A program made the translations under genes and the position numbers. Below, piece by piece: positions 37,619 through 48,151 of a DNA stretch of 64,000 bases (the first letter of the stretch is position 1; each line of letters begins with the position of its first letter). Below the pieces are notes generated by a model that saw only the letters and a program-made list of their open reading frames with translations, made no database searches and was not told where the DNA came from. Source of the DNA: Candidatus Saganbacteria bacterium (GTDB lineage: Bacteria > Margulisbacteria > WOR-1 > O2-12-FULL-45-9); NCBI GenBank assembly GCA_016932255.1, contig JAFGDE010000015.1:99506-163505 (forward strand), given 5' to 3'.

Positions 37619-39405
37619 TGTTCAAGAACATTCAAAGCGCGCTGGTCGCTTCATTCTTCGGCCTGGTCTTCATAACACTAGTGGTCTTTGCCCTGATCGC
37701 CACGCCAAGCATCCGCTCTACAACGGTCCACTACATCAGCGAAGAGATCGCCAAAGAACTTGCTCTCTCCCAGGCCGATTTCGTTCAGCTGCTCGAAACA
37801 GGGGCATCATCAAGGCAGTTGCGGGCGTTGACCGAACATGTAGCCCAATTGGCCCAATGCCGGGTCACGCTGATCTCAGATAACGGTCGGGTCCTGGCCG
37901 ATTCCGCGACCACGCCCAATGAACTGCAAAAGCTTGAGAATCACGGTCAAAGGCCGGAGATCGTAATGTCCCGCACAGAACGTTTCGGCTTGGCCCTGCG
38001 CAAAAGCGAGACCCTGGACCAGAACCTGATCTACGTTGCCAAATCCATCAGATCGCGCGCCGGGCAGCCTCTGGGCTATCTCCGGTTCGCCGTCCCCTCC
38101 ACCCACGCTGTTGACCTGGTCATCAAGATACACAAAGCCATGGCCATCGCGCTTGCCTTCGCACTGTTGACCGCGATCTGCCTCAGCATTATCTTCGCCC
38201 GGGCATATTCGGTACCGATAGCCAGGCTGGCCAACATTTCACACAGAATCGCCATGGGCGATTTCTCCCAGCGGATCAAGGACCGCTCAAGATTTGAGAT
38301 CGGCCAGTTAGAGGCGGCAGTAGACACAATGAGCCAGCGACTGGCCGAGACTTTTGAAAAACTGACCCTGGAACGAGGGCAGATGTCCGCGATCCTTTCA
38401 GGCATGGCTGAAGGCGTCCTGGCGGTCGACCAGGACGGACGGCTTATCCTGATCAATCCGGTCGTTGAAGATATCTTCGGCATCGTGGAGCCGGAAGCGA
38501 TCGGTAAAACGGCCCAGAGCGCCTTGCACAACGCGGCGATCGCCAGTCTCGTCCAGCAAGCACTTAGCTTTCTGCGAACAGTCAAAAAAGAACTGCAGTT
38601 GAGCCGACACAACGCGGAGGAGACATTCCTGGCCCAGGCCAGCCCGATCCGCAATGACCAGGGAAAACTGCTCGGCTCTGTCTGTGTTCTTTATAACATA
38701 AGTGAATTGCGTCGTCTCGAGAAGCACCGATCCGAATTTGTGGCTAATGTTTCACACGAATTAAAAACTCCGCTGACGGCCATAAGGAATTATGTTGAAA
38801 CTCTGGCCGGCGGAGCGGTCAACGAAAAAGAGCTCGCCCGGGATTTCCTGAACAAGATCGAAAAACATGCCATTAATCTTTCGCGACTGATCGATGACAT
38901 CCTGGAGATCTCCCAGCTCGAGGCTAAAAAGGACCTTGGGCCGTTCATCCGGCTTGATCTAGCCGACATCATCAAGCGCGCTATTGAAACCATATCTGAA
39001 AAGGCCAAAAAGAAATCGATCGTCATCAGCGTGGAATGCTCGGACGGCGACGCATATGTCCTGGGCATCGAAGAGCACATCTACCGTGCCGCCCTGAACC
39101 TGCTTGATAACGCCGTCAGCTATACCGAATCCGGCGGGCAGATCGAGGTCTTTTGTCTCAGACAGGGCAGCAAGGTGAAGCTGGCGGTCGCTGACACCGG
39201 CATCGGGATCCCGGCCGATGAACAGGAGCGTATTTTTGAGCGTTTCTATCGCGTCGATAAAGCCCGCTCCAGGGAGCTGGGGGGCACCGGCCTGGGCTTA
39301 TCGATCGTCAAACATGTCATGAACACCCACAATGGCAGTATCGAGGTAAATAGCGTTATCGGACAAGGCTCCACTTTCACCCTGGTCTTTCCCTCGGCTG
39401 ACTGA
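37618..39405 (+). CDS. phoR: Sensor histidine kinase, PhoR-like
   Basis: 2 TM, HAMP, PAS, FVANVSHELKTPL, FERFYRVDKARSRELGGTGLGL. Confidence 0.88.
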   Translation: MFKNIQSALVASFFGLVFITLVVFALIATPSIRSTTVHYISEEIAKELALSQADFVQLLETGASSRQLRALTEHVAQLAQCRVTLISDNGRVLADSATTPNELQKLENHGQRPEIVMSRTERFGLALRKSETLDQNLIYVAKSIRSRAGQPLGYLRFAVPSTHAVDLVIKIHKAMAIALAFALLTAICLSIIFARAYSVPIARLANISHRIAMGDFSQRIKDRSRFEIGQLEAAVDTMSQRLAETFEKLTLERGQMSAILSGMAEGVLAVDQDGRLILINPVVEDIFGIVEPEAIGKTAQSALHNAAIASLVQQALSFLRTVKKELQLSRHNAEETFLAQASPIRNDQGKLLGSVCVLYNISELRRLEKHRSEFVANVSHELKTPLTAIRNYVETLAGGAVNEKELARDFLNKIEKHAINLSRLIDDILEISQLEAKKDLGPFIRLDLADIIKRAIETISEKAKKKSIVISVECSDGDAYVLGIEEHIYRAALNLLDNAVSYTESGGQIEVFCLRQGSKVKLAVADTGIGIPADEQERIFERFYRVDKARSRELGGTGLGLSIVKHVMNTHNGSIEVNSVIGQGSTFTLVFPSAD

Positions 39406-39420
39406 TCTTTCCCCAGTTTT

Positions 39421-39458
39421 TTTACGCCAGCGTTACTTTTGCTTCATCATCCTGTTAC
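39421..39458 (+). promoter_or_regulatory. Pho box-like repeats upstream of the porin gene
   Basis: TTTAC/GTTAC/TTCAT/GTTAC at 39421, 39432, 39443 and 39454 (11-bp period). Confidence 0.65.
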
Positions 39459-39492
39459 TTTTTCATATTATTCTCAAAGCCAGGAGGTCGCC

Positions 39493-40530
39493 ATGAAAAA
39501 ATATCTTCTGGCCGCAGCGTTATTGATCGTTATATCATCATCGGGCATTGCCTCTGCAGCGCCGGGGACAAAAACTCCCTTGATCCAGGGCCGCGCCTAT
39601 ATCTACTGGCAAAACGATCTCTCCGGCAACACAGCGGACCGTTTTGATATCAACCGCCTTTATCTTGATCTTAAGCACGATCTGGACGCAGATGCTGCCG
39701 TGCGAGTCACAACAGATATCGCCAGAGAGACCTATGACCAGGATTCCGGCAGTGCCGCTGACACCAGACTGCACGTTTACCTCAAATACGCCTATGTGGA
39801 ACTGAATGAACTGGATAAGCGCCTGCCATTTATCGGTCTGCGGACAATAAGACTGGGCCAATCAGCCACCCACTGGATAGATTTTATGCAAAAATACTGG
39901 CAGTTCAGGTACGTGGCCAAGACTTTGACCGATGAGAACAGCTTCTTCCACTCTGCTGATATGGGGCTAGTCTTTCTGGGGCGAATCGATCTTGATCGTT
40001 CGCTGTTTTACGGAGACAATAGCCTTTCTTATCAAGCCACGCTGATGAACGGAGAAGGGTATAAAGAAGGCGAGCTCAACCCAGGGAAAGATGTCGCCCT
40101 GCGCCTGGCTTTCTCATCTCGCAACGAGGCGACCGGGCAACAATTCACCCTGGCTGGCGGGGCCTTGATCGAAGACCTGCGGGCTTTTGAGTCAGTTGCC
40201 CCTGAGCCGGCCACCAAACTTACTGTCATGGCAGCCTATCAACTGCCCCAGCCTGCCCGGCTGCTCCTTTTCATTGAATACGCGAACCAGCTGTCGAGTC
40301 CGGTCGGCGGCACCAGCCTGGGCGGACAGATCGGCCTGGGCCCGCAGCTTAATTTATTTGTCCGGGTCGACCGTTTCCGCCAAGTGACGGGCCAACAGGA
40401 TCTTCAGGTGGTCGGCCTTGAATATCCCTGGGGCAAAGACCTGAAGCTGGCACTTGATTACCAAAGGGAAGTACATGACGGACAAGCCGCTGCCCAACTC
40501 CTTTCTTTGCATGCGCAGGTCAATTGGTGA
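39493..40530 (+). CDS. Outer-membrane porin, phosphate-selective porin-like
   Basis: Signal peptide; FDINRLYL...VRVTTD...YLKYAYV; terminal W; Pho-box context. Confidence 0.7.
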   Translation: MKKYLLAAALLIVISSSGIASAAPGTKTPLIQGRAYIYWQNDLSGNTADRFDINRLYLDLKHDLDADAAVRVTTDIARETYDQDSGSAADTRLHVYLKYAYVELNELDKRLPFIGLRTIRLGQSATHWIDFMQKYWQFRYVAKTLTDENSFFHSADMGLVFLGRIDLDRSLFYGDNSLSYQATLMNGEGYKEGELNPGKDVALRLAFSSRNEATGQQFTLAGGALIEDLRAFESVAPEPATKLTVMAAYQLPQPARLLLFIEYANQLSSPVGGTSLGGQIGLGPQLNLFVRVDRFRQVTGQQDLQVVGLEYPWGKDLKLALDYQREVHDGQAAAQLLSLHAQVNW

Positions 40531-40536
40531 ATATTA

Positions 40537-40563
40537 GTAACATAAATGTTACATGGCGGTCAT
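40537..40563 (+). promoter_or_regulatory. Pho box-like repeats upstream of the first Na/Pi cotransporter
   Basis: GTAAC/GTTAC/GTCAT at 40537, 40548 and 40559. Confidence 0.7.
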
Positions 40564-40606
40564 CAGGGCATAATATTTAAATTATAAGATTGTTCTGGAG
40601 TTAAAA

Positions 40607-42277
40607 ATGACAAACAACATTATCTTCGGAGTTTTGGGCGGCCTGGGCCTATTCCTCTTCGGCATGAAGAACATGTCTGAAGGCCTGCAAAAGATAGCCG
40701 GCCAGGGCATGCGCAAGATACTGGAACTGCTGACCAAAACGACCATTGCCGGGGTCGCGGTCGGCGCGGCGGTCACCGCTATCATCCAGAGCAGTTCGGC
40801 CACGACCGTGATGCTGATCGGGTTCGTCCAGGCCGGCCTGATGACGCTGAAACAGTCAATTGGCGTTGTTTACGGCGCCAACATCGGCACGACCATTACC
40901 GCCCAGATCATTGCTTTCAAGATCCATAAATACGCCCTGCCCGCTATCGGTCTGGGCGTTTTCCTTTACTTCTTCTTTCCTAAAAGAAAGCTTAAGCACT
41001 TTGGACAGATCCTGCTTGGTTTTGGCATGCTCTTCTTCGGACTGGCCATTATGTCGGAGGTCTTTATTCCGCTCAAACAAAGCCCCGAGTTCCGTCAATT
41101 GTTCGTTCTGTTCAGCCGCAACCCCCTGTTGGCAGTGCTGACCGGCACAGCCCTGACCATGATCGTACAGAGCAGCTCAGCAACGGTCGGCATCACCATG
41201 GCCCTGGCCGGAGCCGGCCTGCTCGATTTCGTCACGGCCTTTGCTGTTGTTCTGGGCGACAATATCGGCACGACCATCACCGCCCAGCTGGCCGCGCTCA
41301 ACGGCAACATCACGGCCAAGCGCACAGCCTGGGCTCACACCCTTTTCAACCTGTTCGGCGCCGGGTACATGCTGCTCCTGCTCAATGTCCGGATCGACGG
41401 GCAGCCGGTCTTCCTGCATTTCATTAACTTGATCACGCCGGGCAATGCTTTTGCTGGAGAGAATATCGAACGGGCCGTGGCCAACAGCCACTCGCTCTTT
41501 AATATCTTCAACTGCATTATCTTTATCCCTCTGGCCGGGGTGATGGCTTTTGCCGTCACAAAACTTGTCCGGGGAGAGGTGGAGGTAATCGAGCACGGCA
41601 CAAAATACCTTGACGACCGCATGCTGGTCACGCCGGAGATCGCTATCGGCCAGGCCAAGAAAGAGATCAGCCGCATGGCCGGATACGCCAAGGACCAGCT
41701 CAACATGTCGATCGAGGCCGTATTCGTCAAAAAACACCGCGAGCGCGAAAGGCTGTTCGAGAAGATCAAGCGGCGGGAGGAAGCGGTCAACTTGTTGGAG
41801 AGAGAGATCTCATCTTTCCTGGTCCGCATCGATCAGGAATCGATCACCGAGCAATTGGCCAAGACCACCGCAGCCTACCTCCACTTGATACATGATATCG
41901 AACGCATCGGCGATATTTCCGAGAACATCGTTGACCTGGTCGTGCTCAAAGAGGAAGAGAACATCAAGTTCTCGGAAACAGGCAGCGCCGAGGTCAGGAC
42001 GCTGAGCCAGCTGGTCGATAAGGCCATGGACAGGTCCTTCCGGGCATTTGATCAATGGAACAAGCAATTAGCCGAAGAGGCGATCGAACTTGAAGGCAGG
42101 ATCGACGCGACGGAACAGCTTTACCGCGACAACCATATATTCCGCTGCGGCCAGGCGACCTGCGACCCAAAAGCCGGGATAGTCTTCCTCGATATCCTGA
42201 GCAATCTGGAGCGAGCCGGCGACCATTTGCACAATATCGCCCAGAAGATCCTGGAATTGAACTCCTTCGACACTTAA
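40607..42277 (+). CDS. Na/Pi cotransporter family protein with PhoU domains (copy 1)
   Basis: Two QSSSA motifs, GANIGTT/GDNIGTT, C-terminal ERIGD PhoU repeats. Confidence 0.93.
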   Translation: MTNNIIFGVLGGLGLFLFGMKNMSEGLQKIAGQGMRKILELLTKTTIAGVAVGAAVTAIIQSSSATTVMLIGFVQAGLMTLKQSIGVVYGANIGTTITAQIIAFKIHKYALPAIGLGVFLYFFFPKRKLKHFGQILLGFGMLFFGLAIMSEVFIPLKQSPEFRQLFVLFSRNPLLAVLTGTALTMIVQSSSATVGITMALAGAGLLDFVTAFAVVLGDNIGTTITAQLAALNGNITAKRTAWAHTLFNLFGAGYMLLLLNVRIDGQPVFLHFINLITPGNAFAGENIERAVANSHSLFNIFNCIIFIPLAGVMAFAVTKLVRGEVEVIEHGTKYLDDRMLVTPEIAIGQAKKEISRMAGYAKDQLNMSIEAVFVKKHRERERLFEKIKRREEAVNLLEREISSFLVRIDQESITEQLAKTTAAYLHLIHDIERIGDISENIVDLVVLKEEENIKFSETGSAEVRTLSQLVDKAMDRSFRAFDQWNKQLAEEAIELEGRIDATEQLYRDNHIFRCGQATCDPKAGIVFLDILSNLERAGDHLHNIAQKILELNSFDT

Positions 42278-42357
42278 GGGGCCGCACAGCCCTCATTTAA
42301 AAACCTTTATGTTTCTGTTATAATGCTGCTGGATCGATTGTCTGGAAAGCATTATCT

Positions 42358-44028
42358 ATGACTGACAACATATTATTCGGCGTGATCGGCGGCCTCGGCT
42401 TATTCCTTTTCGGCATGCACATCATGTCCGAAGGCCTGCAGAAAATAGCCGGCCGCAGCATGCGCAGGATCCTGGAAATGCTGACCAAGACAACCATCGG
42501 CGGCATTGCGGTCGGTGCGGCGGTCACCGCTATCATCCAGAGCAGCTCAGCTCCCACCGTCATGCTGATCGGCTTTGTCCAGGCCGGTCTAATGACCCTG
42601 AGACAATCCATCGGCGTTATTCTCGGCGCCAATATTGGCACGACTATCACCGCGCAGATAATCGCCTTTAAGATCCATCAATATGCCCTGCCCTGCATCG
42701 GCCTGGGAGTGCTGCTGAACTTCTTCATTCCCAGAAAGACCTTCAAGTATTTCGGTCAGTTCTTGCTCGGCTTTGGCATGCTATTTTTCGGCCTGGCCAT
42801 TATGACAAGTGTGTTCGAGCCGTTGAAAACCTCGCCTGAATTCCAGCAGCTGTTCGTCACCTTCAGCAAGAACCCCCTGCTGGCCCTGCTGACCGGCATG
42901 GTCCTGACCATGATCATTCAGAGCAGCTCGGCCACTGTCGGCATCACCATGGCCCTAGCCGGCGTCGGTCTGCTTGATTTTGTCACGGCCTTTGCCGTCA
43001 TATTGGGTGATAATATCGGCACGACCATCACCGCTCAGCTGGCCGCCCTGAACGCTAATATAACGGCCAAGCGGACTGCCTGGGCCCACACGCTCTTTAA
43101 GGTTTTTGGCGCTGCTTATATGCTCGCTTTATTGGGCATTCAAATCAACGGAAAACCCGCCTTCCTGTATTTTGTGGACCTGATCACCCCTGGCAATGTC
43201 TGGGCAGGCCAGAATATAGAGCGGCATGTCGCCAACACGCATACAATATTCAACGTGCTCAACTGCCTGATCTTCATGCCGCTGGCCGGTTTTATGGTTT
43301 TCATCGTGACCAAGCTTGTCAGGGGCGAGGTCGAGGTCATTGAGCACGGCACAAAATACCTTGATGAGCGGATGCTGGTCACACCGGAGATCGCCATCGG
43401 CCAGGCAAAAAAGGAGATCAGCCGCATGGCTCATTACGCCAAGGAACAGTTAAGCATGTCGGTTGAATCGATCTTTGCCAAAAATAGTCGTGAAAGAGAG
43501 CAATTATTCGAAAAGATCAAGCGCCGCGAGGAAGCCGTAAATTTACTCGAGCGAGAGATCGCTTCTTTCCTGATCCACATCGACCAACAGGCGATCACGG
43601 AAGAATTGGCCAGAACAACGGCTGCCTACCTTCACCTGATACATGATATCGAGCGCATCGGCGATATTTCCGAGAATATCGTTGACCTGGTCAAGCTCAA
43701 AGAGGAGGAGAATATCAAGTTCTCTGACACCGGAAGTAAAGAAGTGACGACCTTAAGCAAGCTGGTCGAAAACGCGATTAATAAGACTATTCGGGCTTTC
43801 GAAGAATGGAATCGACAGCTGGCCGAGGAGGCGATCGAGTTGGAAGGCAAGATCGACGCCACTGAACAGCTTTATCGCGACAATCATATTAGCCGCTGCG
43901 GCAAAGCCGAATGTGATCCCAAGGCAGGCATAGTCTTCCTGGATATCCTCAGCAATCTGGAGCGCGTCGGCGACCACGCCAATAATATCGCGCAAAAGAT
44001 CCTGGAACTAAATTCCTTCGGTAGTTAA
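42358..44028 (+). CDS. Na/Pi cotransporter family protein with PhoU domains (copy 2, tandem paralogue)
   Basis: Same length (556 aa) and motifs as copy 1. Confidence 0.93.
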   Translation: MTDNILFGVIGGLGLFLFGMHIMSEGLQKIAGRSMRRILEMLTKTTIGGIAVGAAVTAIIQSSSAPTVMLIGFVQAGLMTLRQSIGVILGANIGTTITAQIIAFKIHQYALPCIGLGVLLNFFIPRKTFKYFGQFLLGFGMLFFGLAIMTSVFEPLKTSPEFQQLFVTFSKNPLLALLTGMVLTMIIQSSSATVGITMALAGVGLLDFVTAFAVILGDNIGTTITAQLAALNANITAKRTAWAHTLFKVFGAAYMLALLGIQINGKPAFLYFVDLITPGNVWAGQNIERHVANTHTIFNVLNCLIFMPLAGFMVFIVTKLVRGEVEVIEHGTKYLDERMLVTPEIAIGQAKKEISRMAHYAKEQLSMSVESIFAKNSREREQLFEKIKRREEAVNLLEREIASFLIHIDQQAITEELARTTAAYLHLIHDIERIGDISENIVDLVKLKEEENIKFSDTGSKEVTTLSKLVENAINKTIRAFEEWNRQLAEEAIELEGKIDATEQLYRDNHISRCGKAECDPKAGIVFLDILSNLERVGDHANNIAQKILELNSFGS

Positions 44029-44031
44029 GCC

Positions 44032-44661
44032 TTACTTACTGGCGATCCTAAGACTGAGGTCGTTCTTGGTGCGGGCGCCATATTGATGAAAAGGCACTGA
44101 GGTCCAGGTAAAAATGCTTTTTTGCCAGCTCTGTTTGTTAAGTTTGCCGCCAGGGCTTTTTGTGGCCAGCACTGCCCTCTGTTCAGCCAGCTCTTTTTCG
44201 ATCGAGACCGCGGTGATCTGGTCCAGGGCATAACGCATGTTCTCATAATAATGCTGATAGGGTGGCACGCCCTTATACACATAGATCAGGTCCTTGATAT
44301 CACCTGTCTTGCGGAACTTTTTGTAATAAGAGGTTGTGCCGATCAGCTTGGAGGTCTCATAGATGTTCTCCCAGATCGAGGTAAAGCCGGTCTTACAGCT
44401 ATTATATCCGGTCAGGTTCTTGGTCCCCAGGGGATAGCGTTTGCCATAGGAACTTTCTGCTCCGGCAATGGCCACATAAAGGCGGTAATCCAGGCCGAAT
44501 TTATCAGCACAATAAAGTATCTCTTGCTCATGGCCGCGCAGCGGGCTCCAGGGATAACGGTCAAGGAATTTCTTCAGCTTGACCGCGCGCAGATCTTTAG
44601 CCACAACCATTGTAGTGGCCAAAAGAAACGCGCACGCCACTAATAGCGTCTTTTTAAACAT
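44032..44661 (-). CDS. Secreted lysozyme-like (glucosaminidase-type) domain protein
   Basis: Signal peptide; SPL...ADKFGLDYRLYVAIAGAESSYGK...NLTG motif. Confidence 0.65.
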   Translation of the reverse strand: MFKKTLLVACAFLLATTMVVAKDLRAVKLKKFLDRYPWSPLRGHEQEILYCADKFGLDYRLYVAIAGAESSYGKRYPLGTKNLTGYNSCKTGFTSIWENIYETSKLIGTTSYYKKFRKTGDIKDLIYVYKGVPPYQHYYENMRYALDQITAVSIEKELAEQRAVLATKSPGGKLNKQSWQKSIFTWTSVPFHQYGARTKNDLSLRIASK

Positions 44662-44701
44662 AATTATCTGTTCTCCAGCAAGAAGGCATTACGAGGTCGC
44701 A

Positions 44702-44947
44702 TTATAGACTGATGTATTCCCACTCTTCGTTGATATTATTATAACATAAACTGCCACAATAATTATCGTCAAGGTCAAAAAAATCATATCTGGACAAGGT
44801 TGAGTTGTAGGTCGGGTATCCTTTGATCTTATAGGTAATATAAAAGGCATCCCACTCCGTCGGGGAATCAACATAATCGCATTGCGCTAGCACCGGAACC
44901 GTCAGCCAGCTAAATAACAGACCTAGCAATAAGAATTTTCTGATCAT
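44702..44947 (-). CDS. Small secreted hypothetical protein
   Basis: Signal peptide MIRKFLLLGLLFSWLTVPVLA; 81 aa. Confidence 0.55.
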   Translation of the reverse strand: MIRKFLLLGLLFSWLTVPVLAQCDYVDSPTEWDAFYITYKIKGYPTYNSTLSRYDFFDLDDNYCGSLCYNNINEEWEYISL

Positions 44948-45047
44948 TGATCCACCCGGGTATTCTTCCTGATTTAGAGGGCCGGATTTCAGCCAATGGC
45001 AATATTACTTGATTAGGCCTTTAACCAGCTTGTATAATCAAAAGACC

Positions 45048-45611
45048 ATGAAAAAGATCGTGCTGGCTTCCGCTTCGCCAAGGAGACGGCAATTGCTTAA
45101 GAAAATAGCCCGCTCGGTCACGGTTTCGCCCAGTCGTGTCGACGAAACAAGGATCAAGGCCCAAAGTCCTGAAACCTTTGCGGTCAAAGCCGCGCTGGCC
45201 AAAGCCAGGGACATGGCCAAACACTTTAAGAAAGCCCTGATCATCGGCGCGGACACGATCGTTGTTCTGGGCCAAAAGATCCTGGGCAAGCCTAAAGATA
45301 AGCAACATGCTCTCAAGATGCTAAAAAGCCTGAGCGGCCGCACCCATAAGGTCATTACAGGCATCTGCGTTATCGATTCAGCGACCGGGAAGGCCGCAGC
45401 TGATTTTGTCGTCACCAAGGTCAAGATGAAGAAAGTCCCGCTTAAGGAGATCCAGGCTTATGTTGAGAGCGGCCGGCCGCTGGACAAGGCCGGCGCTTAC
45501 GGCATCCAGGAGATCGAAGAGATCTTTATCGACAGGATCGAGGGTGACTATGATAATGTTGTCGGCCTGCCGGTCCTGCGGCTCAAGGAATTGCTCGATA
45601 GCCTGAAATAA
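45048..45611 (+). CDS. maf: Maf-family nucleoside triphosphate pyrophosphatase
   Basis: LASASPRRRQLL, GADTIV, DKAGAYGIQ, NVVGLP. Confidence 0.95.
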   Translation: MKKIVLASASPRRRQLLKKIARSVTVSPSRVDETRIKAQSPETFAVKAALAKARDMAKHFKKALIIGADTIVVLGQKILGKPKDKQHALKMLKSLSGRTHKVITGICVIDSATGKAAADFVVTKVKMKKVPLKEIQAYVESGRPLDKAGAYGIQEIEEIFIDRIEGDYDNVVGLPVLRLKELLDSLK

Positions 45612-45660
45612 TATCTCCATTTATCTTGGCTCAAAAGCACAAATCAAGTAAAATAAGACC

Positions 45661-47364
45661 ATGAGCCAGAGCATAAACATCCTGCCTGAAGACCTGATCA
45701 ATAAAATCGCAGCCGGTGAGGTCATCGAACGGCCGGCCTCAGTGGTTAAGGAATTGATCGAGAACGCGATCGACGCCAAGGCTTCCAGGATCAAGGTCGA
45801 GATACAGCAGGCCGGCAGAAAATTGATCCGTGTCAGCGATAACGGCGCAGGCATGAGCAAAGCAGACCTGCAGCTGGCGGTCGAGCGTCACGCGACCTCC
45901 AAGCTCAGCGACCTGAACGATCTTTTTAACATCAAGAGCCTGGGTTTCCGGGGCGAGGCCCTGCCCTCGATCGCCAGTGTTTCGATCATGGAACTGATCA
46001 GCCGGGAAAGCAGCAGCTCAAGCGGCACAGAGCTCAGGCTGGAAGGCGGCAAACGCATTGACCTTGAGGACTTCGGCAGCCCGACTGGAACCAGTGTAAC
46101 GGTCAAAGACCTGTTCTTTAATACTCCGGCCCGCAAGAAGTTCCTTAAATCTCCGGCCACGGAAATGGGCCACATCGGCGACATTGTGGCCAAGTACGCC
46201 CTGGCCAGGCCAGAGATCGCTTTTGAACTTGTTTCAGACGGGAAACCCCTGCTCTCTTCGCCAGGTTCGGGCAAACTGGCGGACGCGGTCATTGCGATCT
46301 ACGGCATTGACCTGCTCAAGAACCTGATCGAAAGCGAGCAGACCTTTAAGAACATCAAGGTCGCCGGCCTGATCAGCCGCCCCACTCTGACGCGGCTGGA
46401 CCGCAGTTATGAGACCTTCTTTGTCAACGGACGCTATGTTAAGAACTTTTTATTGAACAAGGCGTTGGAACAAGCCTACCGCACCCTGATCCCGAACAAT
46501 CGTTTTCCAGCGGCGGTTATTTTTCTGGAGATCGATCCCAAACACATCGATGTTAACGTGCATCCGACCAAAAAAGAGATCAAGTTCAGCCGGACCCAAG
46601 AGGTCATGGATGCGGTCAGGGAATTCGGCCGCACAGCTTTAAGCAAGGTCGTTGAGGCTCCCCTGCCGCCGGCAACAGAGGACAGCTGGACCCCGCCGGC
46701 TGAAGGCCGCTGGCAGGCGGCCATGGCTGACGCCCTGTTTCCCGAAGGCTTGTCAACTGAAGAGATAAAACATTTTGAAGCAGATCGATCCTTGCCCATC
46801 CAGCCGGTCTATCAGCATAATAATACTTATATTATTTGCAAGGACGGACCGGACCTTGTGTTGATCGACCAGCACGCTGCTCATGAGCGGGTCCTCTATG
46901 ACCAGCTAAGCGAAAAATCAGGCGAGCCCGGCAGTCAGCCGCTGCTTTCACCTGAAACCCTTGAGTTCACGGCCACAGAGTTCTCAACACTTCAGGAGAA
47001 CATCGCTTATTTGCAGGAGCTTGGTTTTGATGCAGAAGAGTTCGGCAACAATTCTTTTCGAATAAGATCGTTCCCGTCAACTTTGAGCAACAGGCCGGCC
47101 AAAGAACTGCTGCTTGATATTGCTGTGGAACTGCAACAGTTGGGCAAATCAGCCCAACTTGAGGCCAAACAGGAGAATATTAGAAAACTGATCGCCTGCC
47201 ACAGCGCGATCAAGGCCGGCGATAAATTGAGCTTTGCAGAAATGCATCAATTGATCGCCCAGCTGCTGAAGACGGAAAATCCCCTGACCTGCCCGCACGG
47301 CCGGCCCACCATGATCAGATTGACGCTTGCAGAATTTGAAAAACGCTTTAAAAGAAGCGGCTAG
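45661..47364 (+). CDS. mutL: DNA mismatch repair endonuclease MutL
   Basis: IAAGEVIERP, GFRGEAL, DQHAAHER, CPHGRP. Confidence 0.97.
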   Translation: MSQSINILPEDLINKIAAGEVIERPASVVKELIENAIDAKASRIKVEIQQAGRKLIRVSDNGAGMSKADLQLAVERHATSKLSDLNDLFNIKSLGFRGEALPSIASVSIMELISRESSSSSGTELRLEGGKRIDLEDFGSPTGTSVTVKDLFFNTPARKKFLKSPATEMGHIGDIVAKYALARPEIAFELVSDGKPLLSSPGSGKLADAVIAIYGIDLLKNLIESEQTFKNIKVAGLISRPTLTRLDRSYETFFVNGRYVKNFLLNKALEQAYRTLIPNNRFPAAVIFLEIDPKHIDVNVHPTKKEIKFSRTQEVMDAVREFGRTALSKVVEAPLPPATEDSWTPPAEGRWQAAMADALFPEGLSTEEIKHFEADRSLPIQPVYQHNNTYIICKDGPDLVLIDQHAAHERVLYDQLSEKSGEPGSQPLLSPETLEFTATEFSTLQENIAYLQELGFDAEEFGNNSFRIRSFPSTLSNRPAKELLLDIAVELQQLGKSAQLEAKQENIRKLIACHSAIKAGDKLSFAEMHQLIAQLLKTENPLTCPHGRPTMIRLTLAEFEKRFKRSG

Positions 47365-47888
47365 AACAGCAACCTGCTTTTGCTATAACACGACGGAGCA
47401 GTCCTCAGGATCTGGCCAATCCTTTGCTGCAATGGACCATCTTCAATTCTGGATAAATGACGCAGTATCTTTTGCGCTTGAGCTCTAAGGGGATAGAGCA
47501 CTTCCACGAACTCGGTCTCTCTGCCGTTATAATTCTCAAACAGGGTCATGCCGCCAAGTTTTTTATCGTTCAGATATGCCGCCAGCTCAGTTACCGCGGC
47601 ATCATGAAAAGCTTCCTGGCGCAGGATAATGGCCTCGGCCAGCGGCTGCAAGGCCCTGGGCCCTTTCACCACCAAAGCAATAAGGCCTTTTAATGAAAGC
47701 CTGCCGGATAAAAAACGGTCCTCAAGATTACGCTCAACAGCTCGTTCCAAGTTGAACGTACGCGGCATGGAGACCATCAAACGTGCCAAGCCCCAGGCAC
47801 TGGTGTGCTGGCTGTGCAAACGGGTCTCGCGGCTGCGCAGTAGATTGATCGGCCGCCAGAAAGCTGTTTTAAAACTTGATATTTTCAT
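47361..47888 (-). CDS. Orphan hypothetical protein
   Basis: 175-aa ORF filling the mutL-topA gap, preceded by the TGAAA-N-CCGAAA motif. Confidence 0.6.
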   Translation of the reverse strand: MKISSFKTAFWRPINLLRSRETRLHSQHTSAWGLARLMVSMPRTFNLERAVERNLEDRFLSGRLSLKGLIALVVKGPRALQPLAEAIILRQEAFHDAAVTELAAYLNDKKLGGMTLFENYNGRETEFVEVLYPLRAQAQKILRHLSRIEDGPLQQRIGQILRTAPSCYSKSRLLF

Positions 47889-47941
47889 GATACTTTTCTT
47901 TCGGCCGTTCAGCTGACGGATTTCAGTGTCGGGATTGAGAC

Positions 47942-48070
47942 GGTTTGGGTTCTAGGTTCTGGGTTCTGGCATATAAATTAATAGATTCATTTAATTATAT
48001 TAGAGTAGTAAAAAAATATGATCATAGGATCCAGGGCCACAGAACCTAGTACCTAGAACCCAGAACCTGG
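47942..48070. repeat. Inverted heptamer repeats flanking an AT-rich core
   Basis: GGTTCTA GGTTCTG GGTTCTG ... CAGAACC TAGTACC TAGAACC CAGAACC. Confidence 0.7.
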
Positions 48071-48098
48071 CAGGCTGGTAATGAAATTGCTTTGAAAT

Positions 48099-48127
48099 TT
48101 GACAGATATTTGCCTGTCTGATAGACT
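48099..48127 (+). promoter_or_regulatory. sigma70 promoter of topA
   Basis: TTGACA-N17-TAGACT. Confidence 0.65.
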
Positions 48128-48151
48128 CGCTATGTTCCGGGAGGTAAAATT

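Noticed and set aside
40607-44028. Assembly artefact explanation for the tandem Na/Pi genes
   Set aside because: The copies differ at many synonymous and non-synonymous sites throughout, so they are genuine paralogues.
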